Assembly (NCBI GenBank): GCA_963730185.1
Contig: CAVSQW010000008.1
Span: 96,001 to 160,000, forward strand
Source: an uncultured Gemmatimonadales bacterium
Lineage (GTDB): Bacteria; Gemmatimonadota; Gemmatimonadetes; Gemmatimonadales; GWC2-71-9
DNA length: 64,000 bases
Direction: 5' to 3'
Positions 41,671 to 51,639 of the stretch are shown in pieces. The notes under the pieces were generated by a model. That model did no database searches, had not been told where the DNA came from, and saw only the letters and a list, made by a program, of their open reading frames with translations. The translations under genes were made by a program, and so were the position numbers. Each line of letters begins with the position of its first letter. The stretch's first letter is position 1.

Positions 41671-43428
41671 CTACGGCTTGGGAACGACTCGCGGCTCGGC
41701 CACGATCGGAAGGGACACGAACGACGCCCGGGCCCCGCTCCGATAGACCGCTTGCCGGGCCACCACCGGCTCGGTCTCGAGCCCGAGATCGCCGCCGGTG
41801 TTGAAGTTGGGCACCAGGAGCGGAAACGCGGCCGACATCACCGAGAGCCGGAGCCGCTCGCCCGGCTTCACCGCCACGCAGGTTCCCCAGAGATCGAGGT
41901 CGTAGCGCTCCACCCGACCCGGGACGAGCGGATCGTTCCGGAAGTTGCCGTGCCGTTCCCGGGCCCGGACCCAGCCCTCCGTGAGCCGTTGCGAGTACCC
42001 GTCGGCGTGGACCAGCGAGAGCCGGGCGAGCCAGTCGGTGTCCCGGGCCGACGAGGCGGCGTTGAGGGTGGCGCGCACCGGGCCGCACACGGTCATCGTG
42101 GTCCGGGGCGACGGCATGGTGTAGACGAGCACGTCGCCGCGGGCCTCGACCGGTCGGTAGTCGTCGGGATTGCCCGAGTCCACGTTGCGCTCCCAGAGGA
42201 ACGGGGTCGGATTGGCGGGATCGTAGGCGTAGCGGTCGGCCGCGGTCGTGTCTCCGGGCCGGGGAACCGCGGACGAGAGTGTCCCGCGGCCGCTCCCATC
42301 TCGATCGAGGTAGTAGGGCACCATCCGAGTGCCGGGAAGGGGCCAGTCGTCGCCGCCGATCCAGCGATTGGCGCCCATCTCGAACACCCTGACCCGGGGC
42401 CAGCCGATCGGTTCGCGGGACCCCTCCCGGAGGTAGTGCTCGAACCAGGCGTTTGCCATCGCGTCCAGGTCCACCCGTGACGCCTCCCCGAAGTCGACGG
42501 CGCCGAGCCGGGTCTTCCGGGAGTCGGTGGCCACCCAGTGCCGCCACGGTCCGACCACCAGGTACTGGTGCTCCCGCGCGCCGGCGGCGCCGCGGGTCCG
42601 CATCGCCGCGAAGTTCTCCAGGCTCCCGCCTAACGTGCCGTCGTACCACCCGCTGACGTGCAGCATCGGGACCCGCGATTCCGGCAGCCGGTCCTGGTAG
42701 CTCCGGGCTTTCCAGTACTCGGCATCCTCGAGATGGTCCAGATATTCGCGCCAGATCGAGGAGCGGGCGCCGATGGCGAGGTCGGCATCCCGGATCGGCC
42801 GGGTGCGGTAGGCGGCCACCAGGTCGAACAGCGCGTACGGCAGGCTCCGGGTGGTCCGTCCCTCGACCACCATCGCCCATTCCAGCATGCCGAACGAGAG
42901 CCCGCCGTGCCGCTGGGGCCAGAAGCCGCCGGGATCCGGCGGGGTGACCGTCGGGATCATGGCCCGAAGGGCCGGGTTGTTGAGCGGGGCGGGGAGCACC
43001 TGGGTCCAGCCGGCGTACGATCCGCCCACGGTCCCGACCCGGCCGTTGGACCACGGTTGCCGGGCGATCCAGCTCTGGGTGTCGAACCCGTCCTGGACTT
43101 CCTGGACGAGGGGATCGAACCGGCCCTCCGAGTCGCCCCGGCCGCGGACATCCTGGATGACGTAGGCATATCCCTGTGCCACCCACCGGAGGCCGGTCGC
43201 GGCGTAGCCTTCGCTGGTGCGGACGTACGGGGTGCGCTCGAGGATGGCGGCGACCGGGGTCGTGCCGGCCGGACGGTAGACGTCGGCGACCAGGGTAACA
43301 CCGTCGCTCATCGTGACCCGGGCGGCGAACTCGCGGACGACCGGTGGGGGCTCCTGCCCGGTGACCGACGTCGTCACCACGGCAAGAAAGCCGACGGTGT
43401 GGAGGCAGTGTCGGACGATACAACCCAT
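41671..43428 (-). CDS. CocE/NonD family hydrolase
   Basis: RTPY, DVRGRGDSEG, GGSYAG, GWYD, GPWRH. Confidence 0.9.
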   Translation of the reverse strand: MGCIVRHCLHTVGFLAVVTTSVTGQEPPPVVREFAARVTMSDGVTLVADVYRPAGTTPVAAILERTPYVRTSEGYAATGLRWVAQGYAYVIQDVRGRGDSEGRFDPLVQEVQDGFDTQSWIARQPWSNGRVGTVGGSYAGWTQVLPAPLNNPALRAMIPTVTPPDPGGFWPQRHGGLSFGMLEWAMVVEGRTTRSLPYALFDLVAAYRTRPIRDADLAIGARSSIWREYLDHLEDAEYWKARSYQDRLPESRVPMLHVSGWYDGTLGGSLENFAAMRTRGAAGAREHQYLVVGPWRHWVATDSRKTRLGAVDFGEASRVDLDAMANAWFEHYLREGSREPIGWPRVRVFEMGANRWIGGDDWPLPGTRMVPYYLDRDGSGRGTLSSAVPRPGDTTAADRYAYDPANPTPFLWERNVDSGNPDDYRPVEARGDVLVYTMPSPRTTMTVCGPVRATLNAASSARDTDWLARLSLVHADGYSQRLTEGWVRARERHGNFRNDPLVPGRVERYDLDLWGTCVAVKPGERLRLSVMSAAFPLLVPNFNTGGDLGLETEPVVARQAVYRSGARASFVSLPIVAEPRVVPKP

Positions 43429-43507
43429 CGGTGGCCTCCTGGGACGGGACCCGCCGACCGCGGGACTCGAACCGCTGCGCGCGGGATGGTCGAGCCAGGG
43501 CGACGAC

Positions 43508-44950
43508 CTACGCTCCGAAGAAGATGCCCGGGCGGCGGCCCGCCCAGGGCGCCGCCTCCTCCAGCTGCCGGCCGATCTGGAGCAACGTCGCCTCGTCGCC
43601 GAGCCGCCCCACGAAGTGCATCCCGATGGGAAGCCCATCCGCCGACTGATGGAGCGGCAGGCTGATGGCGGGCTGACCGGTGGCGTTGAACGGGGCGGTG
43701 AACGGCGCGAGGTCGAGGATGTGCTTGATCCACTCCGCCGCGCCCATCTCCGCCGTCGCGTCCATGACCCCCAGCTTCACCGGCGGCACCGCCATCGTCG
43801 GGGTGAGCCAGAGATCGTAATCGGAAAAGAACGCTCCCATCTGGCGGGCCAGGCCGTTGATCCGGGCGAACGCTCCCCCTAAGTCGAACGCCGTCATCCT
43901 CTTCCCGTACTCGTAGATCGCCAGCGTGGTGGCCTCGAGGTTCTCCCGGCTCGGCACCCGTCCGGTCAGCTGCTGGATCAGGCCGATGCCGTTGCCGAAA
44001 TAGGCCGCGGCCAAGTCGAGGAAGTTGAGGCCCGCCGCCTCATGGTCGAACGTGGGCGACGCCTCCTCCACGACATGGCCGAGGTCGGCGAGGAGCTTGG
44101 CGGTGCGCTCGACGCCGGCCCGGCAGTCGGGGTGCATCGGGGCGGCCCCGTCGGGGCTCCGGAGCGTGAACGCGATCCGAAGCGGCTTGGGCGCCTGCCC
44201 GATCAGCGTGGCGTACGGAGCCGGCGGCGGGGGGAGCATCAGCCGGGCGCCGACGTCGGGCCCGTGGGTGGCGTCGAGCACGGCGGCGGTGTCGCGGACG
44301 GTCCGGCTCACCACCAGCTCGACCCCCATGCCGAAGATCAGGTCGTCACTGTCGGGGCCCGACGGCATCCGGCCCCGCGACGGCTTGAGACCGACCAGGC
44401 CGCAGCACGACGCCGGGATCCGAATGGATCCGCCGCCGTCGTTGGCGTGCGCGAACGGCACCACTCCGGCCGACACCGCCGCCGCGCTCCCGCCCGACGA
44501 GCCTCCGGTGCTGTGAGCCGGATTCCAGGGATTGCGGCTCGGTCCCTTGGACACCGGCTCGGTGGACGCGTTGCAGCCGAACTCCGGCGTGTTGGTCCGC
44601 CCCAAGGTGACCAGGCCGGCCCGCTTGAAGCGGATCGCCAGCTCGGTGTCGTGGGGAAACATGAATCCGGCCGCGAACCGGCTCCCCATCTCGTGCGGGA
44701 CGTTGGCGTAGTGCATCCCGATGTCCTTGATCAGGAACGGCACCCCCGCAAAGGGGCCGTCCTTCGGCCCGCGGGCCAGGGCCTCGTCCGCCACCGCGTC
44801 CAACCGTCCGATCACCGCATTGAGCCTCGGATTGACCTCGTCGATCGCGGCTCGAGCGGTGGCGGCGAGCTCGGCGGGGGTCACCTCACCTCGCGAGACC
44901 AGACCGGCCAGGGCGACGCCATCGAGGGCGGTGTACTCGGAGGGCTTCAT
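43508..44950 (-). CDS. amidase (amidase signature family)
   Basis: GVPFLIKD, GGSSGGSAAAV, DGGGSIRIPAS. Confidence 0.92.
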   Translation of the reverse strand: MKPSEYTALDGVALAGLVSRGEVTPAELAATARAAIDEVNPRLNAVIGRLDAVADEALARGPKDGPFAGVPFLIKDIGMHYANVPHEMGSRFAAGFMFPHDTELAIRFKRAGLVTLGRTNTPEFGCNASTEPVSKGPSRNPWNPAHSTGGSSGGSAAAVSAGVVPFAHANDGGGSIRIPASCCGLVGLKPSRGRMPSGPDSDDLIFGMGVELVVSRTVRDTAAVLDATHGPDVGARLMLPPPPAPYATLIGQAPKPLRIAFTLRSPDGAAPMHPDCRAGVERTAKLLADLGHVVEEASPTFDHEAAGLNFLDLAAAYFGNGIGLIQQLTGRVPSRENLEATTLAIYEYGKRMTAFDLGGAFARINGLARQMGAFFSDYDLWLTPTMAVPPVKLGVMDATAEMGAAEWIKHILDLAPFTAPFNATGQPAISLPLHQSADGLPIGMHFVGRLGDEATLLQIGRQLEEAAPWAGRRPGIFFGA

Positions 44951-45093
44951 CGGAATCTCTCGGCAGAGTGGAATGGAGCTATGGGGTCGCCCAGAGTGTA
45001 CGGCTCGCGCCGGATGGCCGCCAGCGGCCGGAGTTGCTCGGAGGACCCGAAGGGGAGAACTTCGCCGAGTCGATCAAAGGCCAGGGGTTCCGC

Positions 45094-45645
45094 GTGAACA
45101 AGATCCAGATCCAAGGGACGCATCACATCACCATCGTCGGCTCGACCCGACGGAGCGCCATCGATTTTTGGGAAGGCCTGCTGGGCATGCCGTTCGTCTT
45201 CGAGCAGCCCAACCTCGGCAACCCCGAGGAGAACCACCTCTACTTCGATCCCGGCGATGGCCGCCTGCTCACCGTCTTTACCAACGAGGCCAGGACCGAC
45301 GCGGGCCGCCGGGCGCCGCGCGAGGTCGGGTGCATCGACCACCTGGCGTTCAACGTCTCCCGCGCCACCTTCCTCCAGGCGCCGGCCCGCCTGCAAGAGC
45401 GCGGCGTGGAGTTCTACGAGCGCGACCGCGGCTTCATGAATTCGATCTACCTCAGAGATCCGAACGGGATGACGGTCGAGCTGGCCTGCTACAAGTTCGA
45501 GCCGCCGGCGGGCTTCAGCGCGGTGGACGTCCTGATGAAGGCCCACCGGCTCCGAACCGAGCGCCAGGACCATCACATCGACGAAGGGCACCTGGCCGAC
45601 GCGATCGCGGCCCTGATGGAGACGCGGGACCGACTCGAGCGCTGA
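45094..45645 (+). CDS. VOC/glyoxalase family protein
   Basis: GTHHITI, DHLAF, SIYLRDPNGMTVEL. Confidence 0.85.
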   Translation: MNKIQIQGTHHITIVGSTRRSAIDFWEGLLGMPFVFEQPNLGNPEENHLYFDPGDGRLLTVFTNEARTDAGRRAPREVGCIDHLAFNVSRATFLQAPARLQERGVEFYERDRGFMNSIYLRDPNGMTVELACYKFEPPAGFSAVDVLMKAHRLRTERQDHHIDEGHLADAIAALMETRDRLER

Positions 45646-45662
45646 CGCCCCCCCCGGGCGCT

Positions 45663-45734
45663 CCCATCGCCTATCGATGGGGCTTGACGGCCGAAGGGCC
45701 GAAGGTAATCTTCGTCCCATCGATAGACGATGGG
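45663..45734. promoter_or_regulatory. two CCCATCG-N5-CGATGGG operators flanking a TTGACG-N16-TAATCT promoter
   Basis: Palindromes at 45663-45681 and 45716-45734; -35 at 45684, -10 at 45706. Confidence 0.75.
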
Positions 45735-45741
45735 AAAGGCC

Positions 45742-46077
45742 ATGCCGCCTCGAAAGTCGCCCGACCTGCTCCCGGGCACGCTCGACCTCCTGGTTCTCAA
45801 AGCCGCCGCGGTCGGACGAATGCACGGCTACGGCATCGCTCAGCACCTCAAGGCCGTCACCGACGACGTGCTGGAGGTAGGCGAGAGCTCCCTCTATCCG
45901 GCCCTGCAGCGCCTGCTCCTGAATGGCTACCTCGAGTCGGAGTGGGGGCTCTCGGAGAACAACCGGCGAGCGCGCTACTACACGTTGACGGCCGCCGGGC
46001 GAAAGCACCTGGCGGCCGAGCGGGCGGAGTTCGAGCGGATGATGGTCGCGATCCAACGGGTGCTTGCCACCGGGTGA
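45742..46077 (+). CDS. PadR family regulator (acidobacterial type)
   Basis: GTLDLLVLK, HGYGIA, SLYPALQRL, SENNRRARYY. Alternative start 45730. Confidence 0.92.
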   Translation: MPPRKSPDLLPGTLDLLVLKAAAVGRMHGYGIAQHLKAVTDDVLEVGESSLYPALQRLLLNGYLESEWGLSENNRRARYYTLTAAGRKHLAAERAEFERMMVAIQRVLATG

Positions 46078-46084
46078 GGGTGCC

Positions 46085-48721
46085 ATGAGACTGCTGCGAC
46101 GGCTGGGCTGGTGGCTCCGGCGGCGGACCCGCGAGGCGGAGCTGGCCGAGGAGATGGCGCTGCACGAGGAGCTGAAGGAGCGGGAGCTGGCCGCGCGCGG
46201 GCTCGGGCCGGACCAGGTTCGGGCGGCCCGGCGGCGGGCAATGGGGAACGCCACCGCCATGGCGGAGGAGGCCCGGGGCATCTGGGTCTGGCCGTGGCTC
46301 GATCGGCTGGTCCAGGACCTTCGCTACGCCTTCCGGTCGGCCCGGAAGAATCCGACCTTCTCGCTGGGGGTGATCGGGATCACGGCGTTAGGGGTCGGCG
46401 CCACCACCACCATCTTCAGCGTGGTCGACGGCGTGGTCCTCCACCCGCTGCCCTATCCCGCCGCCGACCGTCTGGTCTTCTTCGACTGGGGGTCGCACTC
46501 ACCGCCCCGGTTCCGGGATTGGCAGCGGAGAATGCCGTTCATCGAGCGGTGGGCGGCCGCGTGGCCCGAGGAGCAGGATCTCGCGGGCGAAGGCCGGCCC
46601 GAGCGCCTCGGCACCGCCAAGATCTCGCCCGATTTCTTTGCGGTCTTCGGGGTCCGCCCCATCCTGGGCCGGGCGTTCACGGCCGGCGACTATGCCGAAC
46701 GCACGCCCGTGGTGATCCTGGGCGAGCGGCTCTGGCGGCGGCGCTTCGGCGCCGACTCGTCGATCGTCGGTCGGACCCTGGACTTGAGCGGCCGGCGTCT
46801 GACGGTGGTCGGGGTCGCCAGCGACCTGGGCGAGCTGCCGCGTGTCCTCCGGACCAGGACGGAGGTGTGGGAGCCGCTCACCTTCTCGCCCCAGCTGGCC
46901 GCGGACTTTCACTACTCCATCCTCTCCATCGTCGGGCGCCTGAAGCCGGGGGTGACCGTCGATCAGGCCCGGGCCGAGCTCCGGACCCTGGCGCCGCGCC
47001 TGGCTCGGGAGGATCCCCAGGTCAATGGCGAGGACGACGGGAAGCCCTTTCCGATTCCCATCGTGCCGCTTCAGAAGGCCATGGTCGCGGAGGTGGACCG
47101 GGCTCTGTTCACCCTCTTCGCCGCCGTCGGTCTGATGCTCCTGATCGCCTGCGCCAACGTCACCAACCTATACCTGGCGCGGAGCACCGACCGGAGCCGC
47201 GAGATGGCGGTCCGGGCGGCGCTCGGCGCCGGCCGCGGGCGCCTGACCCGGCAGCTGGTGACCGAGAGCGCTGCCCTGGGCCTCGTGGCCGGCGTGGTGG
47301 GGGCGGGGCTCGCGGTGCTCGGCGTGGCGGCTCTGGCTTCACGCTATCCCGGCGAGCTGCCCCGGGCGGGCGAGATCGCCGTGAACGGCCGAGTCCTCGT
47401 CTTCGCGATGGGCGTTTCCCTGCTCACCGGCCTGATCTTCGGCCTGGTGCCGTCGTTTGCCCTTCGGGAACGGCGGACCCACGAGGCGATCAAGGCGGGC
47501 GCCGCCGGGCAAGGCAGGCCGCGGAGCCGCCTCCGCGGAGGGCTGGTGATCGCCGAGATCGCGCTGGCGCTGGTGCTCCTGGTGGGGTCGGGGCTGCTCT
47601 TCCACTCGTTTCTCCAGATCGTCCGGGTCGATCCCGGCTTCGACCCCGCCGGGCTGGTGGTGGCCAAGCTGGCGCTGCGCCGGCCGATGACCATGGACAC
47701 GACGGTCCGCCGGCAGGACGCGGCCTGGCGGGTGACGTTCGCCAACACGATCGCGGACCGACTCCGCGCCATCCCCGGTGTAACCGACGCGACCTACGGG
47801 GTGGTGGCCCCGATGGCGCGCACCGGCACCGGTCGCTGCTGCTGGGGCGAGCGCGAGGTCAAGGCTGAAGACGGAACGGTGGTGCAAGGCCGGATTCTGC
47901 TCCATCCCGTGGGGCCGGGGTACTTCGAGACGATCCGGGCGCAGCTCGCGGGGCAGGGCTTCCTGGCCGGCGAGCGCTTCGGCCCGCCGGATCCGGTCGT
48001 GATCTCGGGCGAGCTGGCGACCCGACTCTATGGGGCGACCAATCCCATCGGCAAGAAGGTGATCACCGGGCACGACCAGTACGTGGTCCGGGGCGTGGTC
48101 ACCGGGCTCCACCAATGGGGGCTCGACCAGGAAACCGGGCTCGAGATCTTCGTGCCCTACGACGCCCTGGGCGGGGACTTCGACGCCCTTGACCTGACCG
48201 TGCGCACCACGGGAGACGGCGCCGCACTGGTGCCGGCGATCCGCCGCGCGGTCTGGGATCTCGAGCCGACCCTCCCGGCCGACGACATCCATCCGATGGC
48301 CGAGCTGATCGACACCTCGCTGGCCGGGCCGCGGTTCTACAGCACCTTGATGGGTGCGTTCGCGGGGTTGGCGCTGTTGCTGGCCGCCGCGGGGATCTAC
48401 GCCTCGATGCTGTACTCGGTCCGGCAGCGGACCCGGGAGCTCGGGATCCGGGTCGCGATGGGGGCCCAGACCGCGGACATCTCCCGGATGGTGGTGGGCG
48501 ACGCGAGCCGGCTCGCGCTCGTCGGGGTCGGGCTCGGCCTGGTGGGCGCGGTCGGGTTGGCGCGAGCGCTCGCCGCCTTCCTCTTCGGGATCGGGCCCGG
48601 CGATCCGCTCACCTTCGGCGGAGCGGCGGCGGCGCTCGCGGCGACCGTGCTGGTCGCGGCCTATCTCCCCGCCCGGCGGGCGGCGCGAGCCAACCCGTTG
48701 ACGGTGCTCCGGGCCGAGTGA
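46085..48721 (+). CDS. ADOP-type duplicated ABC permease (MacB/FtsX-like), no ATPase nearby
   Basis: QDLRYAFR, LLIACANV, REMAVRAALGA, RELGIRVAMGA, PARRAARANP. Confidence 0.92.
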   Translation: MRLLRRLGWWLRRRTREAELAEEMALHEELKERELAARGLGPDQVRAARRRAMGNATAMAEEARGIWVWPWLDRLVQDLRYAFRSARKNPTFSLGVIGITALGVGATTTIFSVVDGVVLHPLPYPAADRLVFFDWGSHSPPRFRDWQRRMPFIERWAAAWPEEQDLAGEGRPERLGTAKISPDFFAVFGVRPILGRAFTAGDYAERTPVVILGERLWRRRFGADSSIVGRTLDLSGRRLTVVGVASDLGELPRVLRTRTEVWEPLTFSPQLAADFHYSILSIVGRLKPGVTVDQARAELRTLAPRLAREDPQVNGEDDGKPFPIPIVPLQKAMVAEVDRALFTLFAAVGLMLLIACANVTNLYLARSTDRSREMAVRAALGAGRGRLTRQLVTESAALGLVAGVVGAGLAVLGVAALASRYPGELPRAGEIAVNGRVLVFAMGVSLLTGLIFGLVPSFALRERRTHEAIKAGAAGQGRPRSRLRGGLVIAEIALALVLLVGSGLLFHSFLQIVRVDPGFDPAGLVVAKLALRRPMTMDTTVRRQDAAWRVTFANTIADRLRAIPGVTDATYGVVAPMARTGTGRCCWGEREVKAEDGTVVQGRILLHPVGPGYFETIRAQLAGQGFLAGERFGPPDPVVISGELATRLYGATNPIGKKVITGHDQYVVRGVVTGLHQWGLDQETGLEIFVPYDALGGDFDALDLTVRTTGDGAALVPAIRRAVWDLEPTLPADDIHPMAELIDTSLAGPRFYSTLMGAFAGLALLLAAAGIYASMLYSVRQRTRELGIRVAMGAQTADISRMVVGDASRLALVGVGLGLVGAVGLARALAAFLFGIGPGDPLTFGGAAAALAATVLVAAYLPARRAARANPLTVLRAE

Positions 48722-48750
48722 TCGGTGGTCCGGCGGCCGGGCCGGGCGCC

Positions 48751-49668
48751 TCAGTGGTGATGGTGCCGGTCGTCCTCGCCTAACGCGATCGCGCGCTCGC
48801 GGGCCAGCTGGGTCCGGAGGGTCGGCGTGGGCGCGGCGGCCGCGTCGAGGCGCGCCAGGGCCTCTCCCTCCGCGATTGCCCGGTCGGCGAGCGCCCGGGC
48901 CCGGGCTCGGTTCCCGGCCCGCTCGGCCGCCGCGAGCTGAGGTACCAGCCGGGCGAGCCGGCCGCGATGATCGGCCAGGGAATCGGCGAGGCCTCGCATT
49001 CTCGCCAGGTGCTCGACCAGCCGGGCGTAGGGGAGCCGGGCGCCGTACGACTCACCCAGGGCCAGGCCGAGCGCGCGGGTCCGATGGGCCCGGGCCGGGG
49101 TGGAGAGGTCGGCCGGGGTCGGGAGGGGGAGGCCGGTGACCCAATAGGGGAGGGCGACGTTGTCGTGGGCGAACGGGCCCTCCGGGTTGGGGATGGTCCA
49201 GACGTGCACCATCGCGATCTCCGGCGGTCTCGGATAGCCTCCCCGCGCCTTGCAGTCGTCCCCGCCGTCGGCCAGCACGTCGCCCTCGCCGGGGACGAAG
49301 GCGCAGGGCTGGTGGAGGTGCCAGGGCGTCGCCACCCCGCCGAGCTCGGTCGGCATCAGCGAGTCGGGGCCGATCCGCCGGCTGTAGGCCAGGCCCGCCT
49401 GCTTCCAGGTCCCCTGCACCGGCGCGAACATCACGAAGCTCGGCGAGTCGAGGTCGGGCGAGCCGCCGGCCACCCGCCAGCGGTGGAGCCAGTGCTGCCC
49501 CTGGAACGGGGTCAGGTCGGTGGCGCCCCGGAGGGCCAGCGGGCCGAAGCCCTCGCGCCGGGCCGCCCCGGTGTCGGCCAGCGCGGCGGCCGCTCGCCGC
49601 GCCTCGGCCACGACGCTGTCGGGCGACTGGAGGGCCGCGAGGAGCAAGAGCGGGGCGAACGGAATCAT
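48751..49668 (-). CDS. hypothetical exported His-rich protein
   Basis: Signal peptide; GQHW, WHLH, MVHVW..NPEGPFAHDN; ends HHHH. Confidence 0.7.
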   Translation of the reverse strand: MIPFAPLLLLAALQSPDSVVAEARRAAAALADTGAARREGFGPLALRGATDLTPFQGQHWLHRWRVAGGSPDLDSPSFVMFAPVQGTWKQAGLAYSRRIGPDSLMPTELGGVATPWHLHQPCAFVPGEGDVLADGGDDCKARGGYPRPPEIAMVHVWTIPNPEGPFAHDNVALPYWVTGLPLPTPADLSTPARAHRTRALGLALGESYGARLPYARLVEHLARMRGLADSLADHRGRLARLVPQLAAAERAGNRARARALADRAIAEGEALARLDAAAAPTPTLRTQLARERAIALGEDDRHHHH

Positions 49669-50010
49669 GGCGTCCGGGCCAGGGCCTGTCTGGTCTCCCG
49701 GTCCAACAGCGGCCCGCGATCGCCTCGGGACCAGTCGGTGAGGATCCGCCGGGACGCCACGTCCAGGGCTGGCTCGGCCCGGGCGCTCGAGATCAGGAGC
49801 CCCGAGAGGGCGAGCCCCGCGCGGAGGGCCGTGGTGCGCTGAGACAAGGGCGAGTCTCCCGGGAGGCGGTGTACCCCAAAGATGCCTCGGAGCGGGGCCT
49901 GGTTGCGAGTCCTGCGGCTGGGGCAGCCGGGCGGCCCGGCCCTCGCCGGCTCCGCCTCGACCGGGAGGCGAGCCGGCGGTAGGTTCCGGCATCCCCTCCA
50001 TGGAGATCGC

Positions 50011-51036
50011 ATGTCTCGCCTTGCGGCCCGATCGGCCGCGGTCACGATGGCCGTCCTCGGCCTGGTTGCGTGCCGCCCGAAGGAGGCTCCCCCCGCGGCG
50101 ACCCAGACCGAATGGACCGATCCCGCCTCGCACACCAGCGGCTTCGTCACGGTCAACGGCGTCCGGCTCAACTATCTCGACTGGGGCGGGACCGGGCCCT
50201 TCCTGATTCTGATCCACGGCTATGGCGACAACCCCCACGCCTTCGACGATCTGGCACCGGCCTTCACCGACCGGTTCCACGTGATCGGCTACGCCCGGCG
50301 CGGTCACGGGCGCTCGGAGTCCAAGGGGCCCTACGATGTCGCGACGCTGACGGAGGATCTCCGCCAGCTGATGGACAGCTTGAAGATTTCCAAGGCGGAC
50401 CTGGCCGGATGGTCGATGGGGGGCGACGAGGTGACGGCCATGGCGGGAACCCACCCCGACCGGGTCGGCAAGATCGTGTATCTGGATGCCGGGTACGATT
50501 GGGCCGACCCCGCCAACGTCGTCGCCTTCGACTCGATCCCGGCCGACCTCACTCCTCCGCCATCGGCGATGAAGTCGTACCAGTCGTACCGGGCCAGCCA
50601 CCTCGCCACCTGGTTCCCGGCCCTCGACGACCCCGGCCGGGTCGAGGCCTACATCCGCGACCTGGTGGACGTCCAGGCCGACGGCAGCGTCCTTCCCGCG
50701 ATGGACGACAGCGCCGGCGTCGCGCTCTATCACACCCTGCTCAACGACCGCCGCGACTACCCCAAGGTCAAGGCGCCGGCCCTCGCGATCTATGCCGAGA
50801 CCTTCTTCGACACCGTCCACGGCGATTCCGCCCAGCGGGTCAAGAACCTGGCCTGGGAGCGGAAGTTCTTCGCGCCCTTCCGCGAGGCGTCGATCGCCCG
50901 GATCCGGAAGGAGCTGCCGCAGGTCGAGGTGGTGCGGGTGCCGGGCACCCACGCCGACTTCCTCTTCGTGGCGCGCGACCAGGTCGTCGCCGCGATGCGA
51001 CGGTTCCTGGCGGACTCGGCCGAGGCCGGCCGATAG
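50011..51036 (+). CDS. alpha/beta hydrolase, lipoprotein-like
   Basis: LVAC lipobox, IHG, RRGHGRS, GWSMGG, GTH. Confidence 0.9.
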   Translation: MSRLAARSAAVTMAVLGLVACRPKEAPPAATQTEWTDPASHTSGFVTVNGVRLNYLDWGGTGPFLILIHGYGDNPHAFDDLAPAFTDRFHVIGYARRGHGRSESKGPYDVATLTEDLRQLMDSLKISKADLAGWSMGGDEVTAMAGTHPDRVGKIVYLDAGYDWADPANVVAFDSIPADLTPPPSAMKSYQSYRASHLATWFPALDDPGRVEAYIRDLVDVQADGSVLPAMDDSAGVALYHTLLNDRRDYPKVKAPALAIYAETFFDTVHGDSAQRVKNLAWERKFFAPFREASIARIRKELPQVEVVRVPGTHADFLFVARDQVVAAMRRFLADSAEAGR

Positions 51037-51129
51037 GGGTCGGATCTCAGGGGTTGGCTTCCATTCAGCACGAGGAACGCGAAGAGCGGAGGATGGCCGC
51101 CCGGCGCTACACCGGGCCCGCCCGGCTGC

Positions 51130-51435
51130 CTAGCCCGGCGGCGCCTGGTCGGTCCGGGCCGCCTCGCGGAGCTGCACGATGGTCCGTTCCAGGAAGTCGA
51201 CCCGCTCTTGCGCCTCGGAGAGCGCCTCGCGTTGCTGCTGGAGCTCATCGACGAGGAGCATGAGGTCCTCGCGCAAGGAGCCGATGGCGTCCTGCGTGTC
51301 GCCGGCGCCGCCCTGCTCGTTCGGAAGGAGACCGGGGCGGGCCAGTAGCAGGCAGCGCGGGCTGCAGAAGCGATACTCTCCGAGCCGATGGCCCCCGAAG
51401 AGGATCGTTCTGTTGCAGCTGGCGCAGCGTGCCAT
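51130..51435 (-). CDS. small protein with CxxC..CxxxC and coiled-coil tail
   Basis: MARCASCNRT..FCSPRC..DELQQQREALSEAQERVDFLER. Confidence 0.65.
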   Translation of the reverse strand: MARCASCNRTILFGGHRLGEYRFCSPRCLLLARPGLLPNEQGGAGDTQDAIGSLREDLMLLVDELQQQREALSEAQERVDFLERTIVQLREAARTDQAPPG

Positions 51436-51639
51436 CGTCGTTCCCGAGTGAGTAGCCGCCCGACGTCCCGATCCTCCAACCAAGGGGGCGCCCCACAGCT
51501 TACCAATCAATGGCGGAGCCGAGCAAGGCCAGTATCGGCGTCGGGCAAAGGCGTTGTCAAACTCCGTTTGCGCCGGCTGGGCAGGTCTCCGTTCAGCCGT
51601 CCCCCAATCCGGTGCGGAGATCGCGACCTCCACGCCCGA

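Noticed and set aside
43455..43480. GGTTCGAGTCCC T-loop-like sequence on the minus strand (similar one near 53382)
   Set aside because: No proper T-stem or acceptor context; the second lies inside a CDS.
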